DNA from: a virus
Taxonomy: Duplodnaviria > Caudoviricetes
Direction: 5' to 3' (one strand)
Virus record (IMG/VR): IMGVR_UViG_3300029265_000685
Span: 1-53,830 of that record
Length of the DNA stretch: 53,830 bases
Position 1 is the stretch's first letter. Every line of letters starts with the position of its first letter. The notes under the pieces were generated by a model. That model had not been told where the DNA came from and did no database searches. It saw nothing but the letters and a program-made list of their open reading frames with translations. A program made the position numbers and the translations under genes. Shown here piece after piece: positions 20,195 to 28,425 of the stretch.

Positions 20195-21331
20195 ATGCTA
20201 AAAAAATTACAAGAACGAATATTCCCTTTCATAATAGCATTATCGGCATTATCCGTATCTGCATCAGCAGCCTTTTATTCCATTAGTGGTCTTAGTAAAT
20301 TATTTGCGGGGGCTGTAGTTGCTGTTATTATTATGGCCTCTTCATTAGAAGTAGCAAAATTAGTTATAGCCTCATTATTATATCAATATCGAAAGGTTCT
20401 ACCACTATTTCTAAAAATTTATTTATCAATAGCTTGTTTCATCCTCATTCTAATTACTAGTATGGGTATTTACGGCTTTCTATCCTCGGCATACCAAGAA
20501 ACAGCATCAAAATCCCTAAATATAGATTCTCAGATTACACTTATTGAAACTAGAAGGGATAATACAAAAGCACAACTTAACGTGTATGACGAAGAAAAAC
20601 AAAGCATCAATACTGCTGTGGCTGATTTACGTTCGGGCTTATCAAACAATATCATACAATATACAAACGCTGAAGGACAATTAATAACTACAACATCATC
20701 CTCAACACGTAGGGCATTGGAAAAACAACTAGATCAAGCAATAGATCGCCAAATAACCATCAATAGTAAAGTAGATGGTTTAAATGAGAAATTATTCAAA
20801 TATGAAACAGAAATAGTAGAAGTTTCTACTAATAGTGAAATAGCTGGGGAATTAGGACCATTAAAATATCTATCAGGATTAACTGGTATCCCCATGGATA
20901 AGATAATAAATTACTTACTTTTGACTATTGTATTTGTATTTGATCCTTTAGCTATTGCTTTAGTAATTGCTTCTAACTTTGCTTTTGCCCAATTAAAAGT
21001 CAAAACTAAAGAAAACATTTACGGAGAGGAATTACCAATAGTTGAAGAAACTTCCCAATCAGTTTGGGATGATATGATTCAAGAAGAAACTAATTATGTG
21101 GATGGTTATGATAATTTGGATGATAAGGTTGAAGTAGAAAAATATGTTACCGAGGGGTATGCAGTCGATGATAGTATTGAAGAAGAAATCAAAGAATCAG
21201 ATCTAACACCCCTAATTAAAGAAGAAGACGAATTGGTAATCAACCCACCCACATCTCCTTGGAGACAGACGAAAGTAATAAACAAAGAAGAAAAACGAAC
21301 TAGTGAAGATGATCTAACAAGAACATATTAA
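20195..21331 (+). CDS. Polytopic membrane protein with long coiled coil and acidic tail
   Basis: Three N-terminal TMs, a coiled coil, a fourth TM (FVFDPLA) and an acidic C-terminus. Confidence 0.65.
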   Translation: MLKKLQERIFPFIIALSALSVSASAAFYSISGLSKLFAGAVVAVIIMASSLEVAKLVIASLLYQYRKVLPLFLKIYLSIACFILILITSMGIYGFLSSAYQETASKSLNIDSQITLIETRRDNTKAQLNVYDEEKQSINTAVADLRSGLSNNIIQYTNAEGQLITTTSSSTRRALEKQLDQAIDRQITINSKVDGLNEKLFKYETEIVEVSTNSEIAGELGPLKYLSGLTGIPMDKIINYLLLTIVFVFDPLAIALVIASNFAFAQLKVKTKENIYGEELPIVEETSQSVWDDMIQEETNYVDGYDNLDDKVEVEKYVTEGYAVDDSIEEEIKESDLTPLIKEEDELVINPPTSPWRQTKVINKEEKRTSEDDLTRTY

Positions 21332-21349
21332 AGATTTCCGTGGGGAAAT

Positions 21350-21379
21350 TAGGCTACCGCAAAAAGCATTCGTATATTT
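21350..21379 (+). promoter_or_regulatory. Promoter TAGG-N15-TTCGTATATTT with leader hairpin
   Basis: Repeated motif, followed by a TTGG...CCAA hairpin and AAAAATTAAGGTTATG. Confidence 0.8.
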
Positions 21380-21427
21380 ATGGCATAAGTTGGGAGCAAT
21401 GCAGTTGCCAATGTAAAAATTAAGGTT

Positions 21428-21718
21428 ATGACCAAAACAGAACAAAAAAGACAAAATACTGAAAAAGTAATTAACTTCCTAGAAAATAAATTTGATGCTT
21501 TTAATATTGAAGATAATGATGGTGGTAGGATGGGTTTTTCAATTGATGATCTTGAGGGAGAATTCCATAGAAGGGATTATGAGGTGATAATGTTGGATAA
21601 TATAAATTTAGCGGGAGAAGGTTGGACAAAAGAAGAATTAAACAAAAGAGATCGTGCGATTGAGATGGAGAAGTTACTCAATGAATCTATTCAAAACTTA
21701 CTTAAATTAGAAATATGA
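21428..21718 (+). CDS. Hypothetical protein
   Basis: 96 aa ORF directly after the promoter. Confidence 0.65.
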   Translation: MTKTEQKRQNTEKVINFLENKFDAFNIEDNDGGRMGFSIDDLEGEFHRRDYEVIMLDNINLAGEGWTKEELNKRDRAIEMEKLLNESIQNLLKLEI

Positions 21719-22197
21719 AGAAAAAAGTAATTTATTTTCATGGTCTTGAAAGTAATCAAGGTGGAGAGAAAGTAGAATATTTAGCCAATAGGTGCTATAT
21801 TCACGCTCCAAGTATGGATTATACGAGAGAGGATATATTTCCATTCCTCACCCAAATGGTAGAAGATTTCCAACCCGACTTAATCATTGGTTCTAGTATG
21901 GGTGGTTACACAGCTTATATATTAGGCGCCCTTTACAACATACCAATAATTGCATTCAATCCAGCACTACATAGCAGACCTTTCAACCCAAATTATCCAA
22001 AATTTGTAAATAAACATATAGCCAATAATGCTAGGATAATTTTAGGTGAAGAAGATACTATTATAAAACCATCATCAACCTTAGAATGGTTAAAAGATCA
22101 TATAGTGGATACTCATCCCAAAATAACAATTGAAAAAGTTAATGAGATGGGGCATAGAGTACCACTTGACATATTCATAAATAAAATACAAATGTAA
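21715..22197 (+). CDS. YqiA/YcfP-like alpha/beta hydrolase (esterase)
   Basis: YFHGLES oxyanion loop, GSSMGG nucleophile elbow, NPAL, GEED, MGH. Confidence 0.85.
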   Translation: MKKKVIYFHGLESNQGGEKVEYLANRCYIHAPSMDYTREDIFPFLTQMVEDFQPDLIIGSSMGGYTAYILGALYNIPIIAFNPALHSRPFNPNYPKFVNKHIANNARIILGEEDTIIKPSSTLEWLKDHIVDTHPKITIEKVNEMGHRVPLDIFINKIQM

Positions 22198-22215
22198 AAA
22201 TACCTACAGTAAAAT

Positions 22216-22245
22216 TAGGTTCCCCAATATATTGTTCGTATATTT
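22216..22245 (+). promoter_or_regulatory. Promoter TAGG-N15-TTCGTATATTT heading the 7-deazaguanine region
   Basis: Repeated motif, followed by a GGC-GCGA-GCC hairpin and AAAAATTAAGGTTATG. Confidence 0.8.
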
Positions 22246-22286
22246 ACAGGGTAAATAAGGCGCGAGCCCCATAAAAAATTAAGGTT

Positions 22287-22550
22287 ATGTTAAAAGAATT
22301 AAAGGATAAAATCCACCAATTACAAGAATCAGAAAATTTTAATTTCACCTACCAAGGTATAGGATATATTCTAAGTTGCTATGGTGTAGGTCCCACGGGG
22401 GAGAAATATGTTGCCGTACATAAAACGAACAAATGGGGCAGATCAATGAATATTGATAAAATTACAGATAATTATATTATACTATATGATTTTAATATGA
22501 TGGATGTAAAATCAACTTATAAAATGAGTATTAAAAAAATAATATTATGA
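22287..22550 (+). CDS. Hypothetical protein
   Basis: 87 aa ORF with ATGA overlap to the next gene. Confidence 0.6.
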   Translation: MLKELKDKIHQLQESENFNFTYQGIGYILSCYGVGPTGEKYVAVHKTNKWGRSMNIDKITDNYIILYDFNMMDVKSTYKMSIKKIIL

Positions 22551-23344
22551 TAAAATATTCACATGAAGTACCTTTATGTTTACTAGAAGATAGTAGAAAA
22601 TTTAATACTTATGACTACTGCTTACCCCATCTATTAGATGAGAATCAGGATTATTTAGAATTTTTTAGAAAATCAAAGAAAGATGGACGTTATATCATAA
22701 TGGATAATTCACTCCATGAATTAGGTAAAGCCTATGATTCTTATCGTTTATTACATTGGATCAACGAATTAAAACCAAATGAATTCATCATCCCTGATGT
22801 TTGGGAAGATATGGAAGGTTCAATTAAAAATGCTAAAACTTGGTTGAATTATAAACTACCCGAAGGTGTTGAAAAAGTAGTAGTTGTTCAAGCAACAACA
22901 CTCCATGAAGCATTTGAGTGTACTAAAATATATAAAGAGTTAGGTTACAAAAAAATCTGTTATTCTTATGGTGCCTCATATTACAATGACATAATCCCAC
23001 ACCCCAATAAAGATTTAGGTAAGGCATTAGGTCGCTTATTTGTAATTTCAATATTATATAATCAAGGTGTATTAACTGAAAATGATAGAATTCATTTGTT
23101 AGGTTGTGCAGTTCCTCAAGAATTTGGATGGTATGAAGATATTAAATGTATTGAATCTATAGATACTTCAAACCCCGTAATGGCTACTTTAGAAAATGTT
23201 AAATATACAGATGCAGGTTTAACTAAAAAACCAAAAGCAAATATGAATGATCACTTTGACATGATGTATGATGAGGTAGATTACGATTTATTAGATTACA
23301 ACTTAGAAAAATTTAAAACAATTAATAATTTAAAAACCAAATAG
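22547..23344 (+). CDS. Divergent TGT-fold protein, candidate DNA 7-deazaguanine transglycosylase (DpdA-like)
   Basis: Ordered motifs IIMDNS, IIPDV, VVQ, IHLLG, SIDTS match the TGT/DpdA barrel pattern; upstream of queCDE/folE. Confidence 0.6.
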   Translation: MIKYSHEVPLCLLEDSRKFNTYDYCLPHLLDENQDYLEFFRKSKKDGRYIIMDNSLHELGKAYDSYRLLHWINELKPNEFIIPDVWEDMEGSIKNAKTWLNYKLPEGVEKVVVVQATTLHEAFECTKIYKELGYKKICYSYGASYYNDIIPHPNKDLGKALGRLFVISILYNQGVLTENDRIHLLGCAVPQEFGWYEDIKCIESIDTSNPVMATLENVKYTDAGLTKKPKANMNDHFDMMYDEVDYDLLDYNLEKFKTINNLKTK

Positions 23345-23346
23345 TT

Positions 23347-23544
23347 ATGATTTCACTTTACGATTACACAGGAGAAAAAGATTGTGATGGGAGAGGATTA
23401 AGAGTTAATGCTTATGCAATACTTAAAAACCAACCATTTAAACAAAGATATTTAGAATTTGCGAATAGAGAAGTATTTTTATATACTAAAGAATTATTGG
23501 ATGAATACTTTGAAGTAGAAAAAATATTTAAAGTAAAGAAATAA
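23347..23544 (+). CDS. Hypothetical protein
   Basis: 65 aa ORF in the operon. Confidence 0.55.
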   Translation: MISLYDYTGEKDCDGRGLRVNAYAILKNQPFKQRYLEFANREVFLYTKELLDEYFEVEKIFKVKK

Positions 23545-23568
23545 CTAAATCAACAAAATAAAATACTA

Positions 23569-23784
23569 ATGGCTTTAAAAAAACAAACAATACGAGGTTT
23601 AGAAAAAATAACACTGAATGGTGATTCTACTACTAAAGAAGAATTAATTACTCTGAGTGAAAGCTGGAGTGAAAATGAAGAGTTAGTAGTAAGAAAAATC
23701 CTCCAACAAGGTGGAAAGTGTAAAATTGGGAAGGATGTTATAGCTGTAGTCCGCCCTGATGAAGTATACAGTTTAGTAAGATAA
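23569..23784 (+). CDS. Hypothetical protein
   Basis: 71 aa ORF in the operon. Confidence 0.6.
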   Translation: MALKKQTIRGLEKITLNGDSTTKEELITLSESWSENEELVVRKILQQGGKCKIGKDVIAVVRPDEVYSLVR

Positions 23785-23785
23785 C

Positions 23786-23817
23786 AGGATTAGCCTATAT
23801 CCTTAAACATACCAGGC
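23786..23817 (+). ncRNA. Candidate cis-regulatory H-type pseudoknot in the queC leader
   Basis: AGGAT(23786-90)/ATCCT(23799-803) stem; loop GCCT(23793-96) complementary to AGGC(23814-17); A-rich 10-nt linker. Confidence 0.45.
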
Positions 23818-23836
23818 ACATTAAAATTAAAATACA

Positions 23837-24685
23837 ATGCAGATGAAATTAGATTTCGAACAAGAAAAACACGTAGTAGTATCACTCTCAGGTGGTATGG
23901 ATAGCTCAACATTATTACTTAGATGTTTAAAAGAATATGACACAGTAACTGCAATATCTTTTGATTATGGTCAAAAACATAGAGTTGAGTTAGAAAGAGC
24001 TCAATCGTTAATTGATTATCTAGAAGAAAATGGACATAAAGTAAACTATAAACAAATTAAATTAGATGGTTTATCAAGCTTATTGGACTCAGCGTTAGTT
24101 GAAGGTGGTAAAGAAGTTCCTGAAGGACATTATGCGGATGATAATATGAAAGCTACAGTTGTCCCTAATAGAAATAAAATATTTGCTTCAATTGTCCAAG
24201 CGGTAGCTTTATCCGTTGCTAATAAATCAGGAGAAACTTGTAATATCGCTTTAGGTATCCATGCTGGAGATCATCAAATTTATAAAGATTGTAGGCAAGA
24301 ATTTCGTGATGCTGACGATGCTGCTTTTAGAGAAGGTAACTGGGATGCTGAACGTGTGGGTTATTTTACTCCTTATCTTCTTGGGGATAAATATGATATT
24401 CTCCAAGATGGGGTAGCGCTATGCGAATACTTATGTATAGCATTTGACGACGTATATGCTCGTACTATCACATCATACAAACCTATATTTAATAAAGAAA
24501 CATTCGAATGGTATGCAGATTACAAATCAGCATCAAGTGTTGAACGTATTGAAGCATTTATAAAACTGGGTAGACCTGATCCTTCACAATACGCAGATGA
24601 GTCAGGTACTGTAAGTTGGGAAGTAGCGGTAGACCATGTAACTAAAGTATTAGTATTAAAAGCAGTAGTAGAACAATTAAAATAA
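23837..24685 (+). CDS. queC: 7-cyano-7-deazaguanine (preQ0) synthase
   Basis: SLSGGMDS PP-loop, FDYGQKH, VPNRN, GIHAGD..YKDCR. Confidence 0.93.
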   Translation: MQMKLDFEQEKHVVVSLSGGMDSSTLLLRCLKEYDTVTAISFDYGQKHRVELERAQSLIDYLEENGHKVNYKQIKLDGLSSLLDSALVEGGKEVPEGHYADDNMKATVVPNRNKIFASIVQAVALSVANKSGETCNIALGIHAGDHQIYKDCRQEFRDADDAAFREGNWDAERVGYFTPYLLGDKYDILQDGVALCEYLCIAFDDVYARTITSYKPIFNKETFEWYADYKSASSVERIEAFIKLGRPDPSQYADESGTVSWEVAVDHVTKVLVLKAVVEQLK

Positions 24686-24690
24686 AATAA

Positions 24691-24951
24691 ATGAGTGATC
24701 GAGAAATAATGGATGGTAAAAAATATGAGATGGGTAATATTGAAAATTCACCATTTAAAAAAACAAGACGTTCTAAGAAAAAGAAAAAACAACAACTCCC
24801 AGATGCTAGAAAACATCAAATTGTAGGTTTTGTAAAATCTATAGTAAGGATTGCCGGATATATCCTTATTCCTTTTAATTTGGAGTCTGCGGTAATTCTT
24901 CTTATATTGAGCGAAATAGTAGTTAGAATTTTTCTTCCAGAATTAGTATAA
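24691..24951 (+). CDS. Small membrane protein
   Basis: Basic N-half and two hydrophobic segments in the C-half. Confidence 0.55.
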   Translation: MSDREIMDGKKYEMGNIENSPFKKTRRSKKKKKQQLPDARKHQIVGFVKSIVRIAGYILIPFNLESAVILLILSEIVVRIFLPELV

Positions 24952-24970
24952 ATTATAAAATAAATAAAAT

Positions 24971-25222
24971 ATGAATAAATTAATTTACATATCGAGTACA
25001 TGGTGTCAACCCTGTAAAACATTCTCACCCATAATGGATAAAGTATCATCCTCAGGTATTCCAGTACAAAAATTAGACGCTGATAAAGATCAGAATGCTT
25101 TAATGCAGTATGGTGTGAGGAGTATCCCAACAGTAGTTAAAGTAGATGCAAATGGGAATATGGTCGATAAATTTACAGGAGTAAAACAATTTCAAGAAAT
25201 AATTAATTTTTATAATAATTAA
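24971..25222 (+). CDS. Thioredoxin
   Basis: WCQPC active site; GVRSIPT cis-Pro loop. Confidence 0.9.
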   Translation: MNKLIYISSTWCQPCKTFSPIMDKVSSSGIPVQKLDADKDQNALMQYGVRSIPTVVKVDANGNMVDKFTGVKQFQEIINFYNN

Positions 25223-25223
25223 A

Positions 25224-25688
25224 ATGGGAAAATTTCAATCGAGTAAAGTATTTGACGGATTCTCAACAGTATTTCGTCAGTGGAAAGCAGAAGATACTCA
25301 TTGTAGGTTTCTACATGGTTATGGTATATCTTTTAAAGTATATTTTGAAGGTGAATTAGATGATAGAAATTGGGTTTGGGATTTTGGAGGCATGAAAAGA
25401 GCTAAGACATTAATTGATGGTAAACAACCTAAAGAGTGGATGGATTTTATGTTTGATCATACTCTCATTGTAGCTGAAGATGATCCTGGAATGGGTGGTT
25501 GGAATACGATGAATGATTTAGGTGTAATCCAACTAAGAATTATTGAAGCTACTGGTGCCGAAAAATTCGCTGAATTTATTTTTAACAAATTAAATCCATT
25601 CGTACTAGAAGAAACTGATGGTAGGGTTAGAGTTACTAAAGTTAAATTCATGGAACACGGAAAAAATGCTGCATATTACGGTGAATAA
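25224..25688 (+). CDS. queD: 6-carboxytetrahydropterin synthase
   Basis: HC..LHGY, WVWDFG, FDH, GAE motifs; located between queC and queE. Confidence 0.88.
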   Translation: MGKFQSSKVFDGFSTVFRQWKAEDTHCRFLHGYGISFKVYFEGELDDRNWVWDFGGMKRAKTLIDGKQPKEWMDFMFDHTLIVAEDDPGMGGWNTMNDLGVIQLRIIEATGAEKFAEFIFNKLNPFVLEETDGRVRVTKVKFMEHGKNAAYYGE

Positions 25689-25708
25689 CCACTTAAAAAA
25701 TTATAAAA

Positions 25709-26491
25709 ATGGAAAAGTTAAAAAGGGTAGAAGATTACGATAAAACTTTACCCATTGTAGAGATTTATACAGCTGTACAATCAGAGGGAAGCCGAGCTGG
25801 TTATCCAACAGTGGTAATTAGAACTACAGGGTGTACCCACAGGTGTCATTTTGGTGAAGGAGGTTGGTGTGATTCCTTTTATACCTCAATTCACCCCGAA
25901 AAAGGCACATTTAGTTTTAATGACATAATTGAAGCATATAAGAAAAATCCTCATATAAAAGAGATGATGTTAACTGGAGGTTCTCCAACTATGCATCCAG
26001 CTTTAGTAAATGAATTAACACATTTTGCTCATGAAAACGATATTTTCATTACTATTGAAACTGAAGGCTCGCATTTTCTACGCACTGATTATCCGATTAA
26101 TTTATTATCGATTTCTCCTAAATTCTCGAATTCAATCCCTGCTGTTGGGGTAAAAACACCCCAAGGTGGAATCACTGATGAGAGAATGATAAATAAACAT
26201 AATAAGCTTAGGCTTAATTATGGAGCAATAAAACGATCTATTGAATATCACTTAGACTACCACATAAAACCAGTATGGGATGGTAAAGATGAGGGTGCAT
26301 TAGCTGAGATTATAGAATGTATTTCTATATTAGACGTTCCTCAAGATAAAGTATGGTTTATGCCCGCTGGGGATTCAAGAGAATCATTATTTAAATCATA
26401 CCCTCTAGTATTTGATTGGGTTAGAGATAATGGTTATAGAATGACTTGGCGCCCACATATTATAGCCTTTGAAGACGCGAGAGAGGTATGA
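25709..26491 (+). CDS. queE: 7-carboxy-7-deazaguanine synthase (radical SAM)
   Basis: EIYTAVQSEG, IRTTGC..RC...WCD, LTGG, IETEG, SISPK. Confidence 0.92.
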   Translation: MEKLKRVEDYDKTLPIVEIYTAVQSEGSRAGYPTVVIRTTGCTHRCHFGEGGWCDSFYTSIHPEKGTFSFNDIIEAYKKNPHIKEMMLTGGSPTMHPALVNELTHFAHENDIFITIETEGSHFLRTDYPINLLSISPKFSNSIPAVGVKTPQGGITDERMINKHNKLRLNYGAIKRSIEYHLDYHIKPVWDGKDEGALAEIIECISILDVPQDKVWFMPAGDSRESLFKSYPLVFDWVRDNGYRMTWRPHIIAFEDAREV

Positions 26492-26516
26492 TAACGTTTA
26501 AAGAAAATAAATAATT

Positions 26517-26693
26517 ATGGAAAACGTAGCAAAAGAAATAGTTGCAGGTATTAATAAAACAACTAATGATTATGATGCCGCCGAAGAAGTAGATAGGATA
26601 TTAAAGAAATATTTAGTTAAGAGAAAATCCCAAAAATATGAAAGAACTAATAAATCAGAAATCAATAGAAATTCAAACCAAGATAATAGCTAA
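26517..26693 (+). CDS. 58-aa hypothetical protein (not in ORF track)
   Basis: Hand translation MENVAKEIVAGINKTTNDYDAAEEVDRILKKYL...; fills the queE-PRTase gap and overlaps the PRTase start. Confidence 0.45.
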   Translation: MENVAKEIVAGINKTTNDYDAAEEVDRILKKYLVKRKSQKYERTNKSEINRNSNQDNS

Positions 26694-27141
26694 TCAAATT
26701 ACAGCGAAACATAAGGATGATAAAACATCTATTGTTATGGTTGGTTTACTTAATGGTTGTTTTGCGTTTTACAGCGATTTAGTTCGAGCTATGCCAATTG
26801 ATGTGGAATGTGATTTTATGCGCGTTAAATCGTATATAAATCGCAAACAAGGTGATATAAAAATCACTAAAGACTTAGAGACACCTATCAAAGGTAAGCA
26901 TGTTTACATCGTAGATGATATCTACGATACAGGTAATACAATGAAAGCCGTAATTGAATATTTAGAAGTTAAAAACCCATCATCAATATCGATAGCAACT
27001 TTAATTACAAGAGAAACTAGTCCTATTCCTACCCAACCCTTATTTAATGCTTTTACTATTAAAGATGAATGGGTGATCGGATTTGGAATGAATAATGATA
27101 AAGGATATTGCAGAAATTTACCTTCAATTTGGGCTCTGTAA
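26638..27141 (+). CDS. hpt: Purine phosphoribosyltransferase (HGPRT family)
   Basis: GLLNG, VKSY, PRPP-binding motif VYIVDDIYDTGNT, VIGFGM, RNLP. Confidence 0.88.
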   Translation: MKELINQKSIEIQTKIIANQITAKHKDDKTSIVMVGLLNGCFAFYSDLVRAMPIDVECDFMRVKSYINRKQGDIKITKDLETPIKGKHVYIVDDIYDTGNTMKAVIEYLEVKNPSSISIATLITRETSPIPTQPLFNAFTIKDEWVIGFGMNNDKGYCRNLPSIWAL

Positions 27142-27157
27142 ATAATGTTCGTATATT
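27129..27157 (+). promoter_or_regulatory. Promoter TTGG-N15-TTCGTATATT
   Basis: Repeated motif upstream of folE. Confidence 0.8.
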
Positions 27158-27181
27158 ATAGTATAAATAAAAAAGTTATAA

Positions 27182-27877
27182 ATGGAAAATAAACGTAGAA
27201 AAATCCACGAGGAGTTAGAAGTGGTGCAAACAGGTTTTGCTAATGGGGTTGCTGAGGGTTTTCCTCTAAGTGATGATGCAAAACAAGAAATGATTAATGA
27301 AGCAACTATCGCTTATGGTAAATTTTTAGATGCACTAAAGTGTGATTGGAGGAATGATCCAAATTCTATGGAAACACCAAAAAGAGTTTCAAAAGCTTAT
27401 GTAAATGATTTATGGTCAGGTAGATATACAGCAATGTCTCCAATAACTTCATTCCCATCTGATGGTTATGATGGTATTATTATTGAACGTAATATACCTT
27501 TAACTAGTATGTGTAGTCACCACCACCAAACAATTAGTGGTGTAGTTCATATTGGATACATTGCCGGAGAAGAAGGTCAAGTAATTGGTTTATCTAAATT
27601 GAATAGGATTGTAGAATTATTTGGTAGAAGAGGAGCAATACAAGAACAATTAACATCAGCTATCCATGGAGCTACAGATAAAATTACTGAAGATAATTTA
27701 GGTGTAATTGTAACAATTGTAGCAGGTCATTCATGTGTAAGTTGTAGAGGTGTTAAACATTCGGGTGCTTCAATGGTTACAACAAAAGCCTCAGGAGTAT
27801 TTAGAGAAAATGGTAATAATGCTCGTAAGGAGTTTTTTGACAGTTTAAAAATTAATAACGGAGGACATCAAATATAA
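27182..27877 (+). CDS. folE: GTP cyclohydrolase I
   Basis: ETPKRV, SMCSHH, IGLSKLNRIV, QEQLT, HSCVSCRGV. Confidence 0.95.
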   Translation: MENKRRKIHEELEVVQTGFANGVAEGFPLSDDAKQEMINEATIAYGKFLDALKCDWRNDPNSMETPKRVSKAYVNDLWSGRYTAMSPITSFPSDGYDGIIIERNIPLTSMCSHHHQTISGVVHIGYIAGEEGQVIGLSKLNRIVELFGRRGAIQEQLTSAIHGATDKITEDNLGVIVTIVAGHSCVSCRGVKHSGASMVTTKASGVFRENGNNARKEFFDSLKINNGGHQI

Positions 27878-27891
27878 AATAAATAATAGTT

Positions 27892-28407
27892 ATGGAGAAA
27901 AATAAAAGTAATGTACAATTTATTGATGAAGTTGAGGAGTTTAATGCTACTATGGGTAAGCCAAATAACTACTCTCCTACAATTCCCGAAAAAAAAGAAT
28001 GGCAATTTGTTTATGATTTTGTTCTCGAAGAACTCGAAGAGTATAAAGCAGCCTGTGAGGCAGGTGATATTGTTGAGGTTCTTGATGCTTTATGTGACAT
28101 TGCCTACGTTTCATTTGGTAACGGCTCTATGTTACATGGTCTTAAGGATAAAATACGGCCAGCATATCAAGAAGTACAAGCGTCGAATATGTCAAAGGCT
28201 TGTATTAACGAAGAAGATGCACAAGCGACCGTTGAAAGACGTTCCGCTGAGCAAAAGACACCATGTCACTATGAGAAGGTTGGAGAATATTTTATTGTCT
28301 ATAGAACGTCGGATCGTAAAGTGATGAAAAACATTAATTATTTTAGACCAGATTTGAAACAATTTTTTACTGAAGATGAGATAAAGAATGCATCTTTAAA
28401 AGATTAA
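27892..28407 (+). CDS. MazG-like (PRA-PH family) nucleoside triphosphate pyrophosphohydrolase
   Basis: EELEEY...EVLDALCDIAYV...EVQASNMSK...KVMK...PDL. Confidence 0.85.
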   Translation: MEKNKSNVQFIDEVEEFNATMGKPNNYSPTIPEKKEWQFVYDFVLEELEEYKAACEAGDIVEVLDALCDIAYVSFGNGSMLHGLKDKIRPAYQEVQASNMSKACINEEDAQATVERRSAEQKTPCHYEKVGEYFIVYRTSDRKVMKNINYFRPDLKQFFTEDEIKNASLKD

Positions 28408-28425
28408 TATAAAAAAATAAAAGTT

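Noticed and set aside
23782-23793. Stop-codon readthrough into queC stimulated by the pseudoknot
   Set aside because: An in-frame TAG follows two codons after the TAA, and queC is in a different frame.
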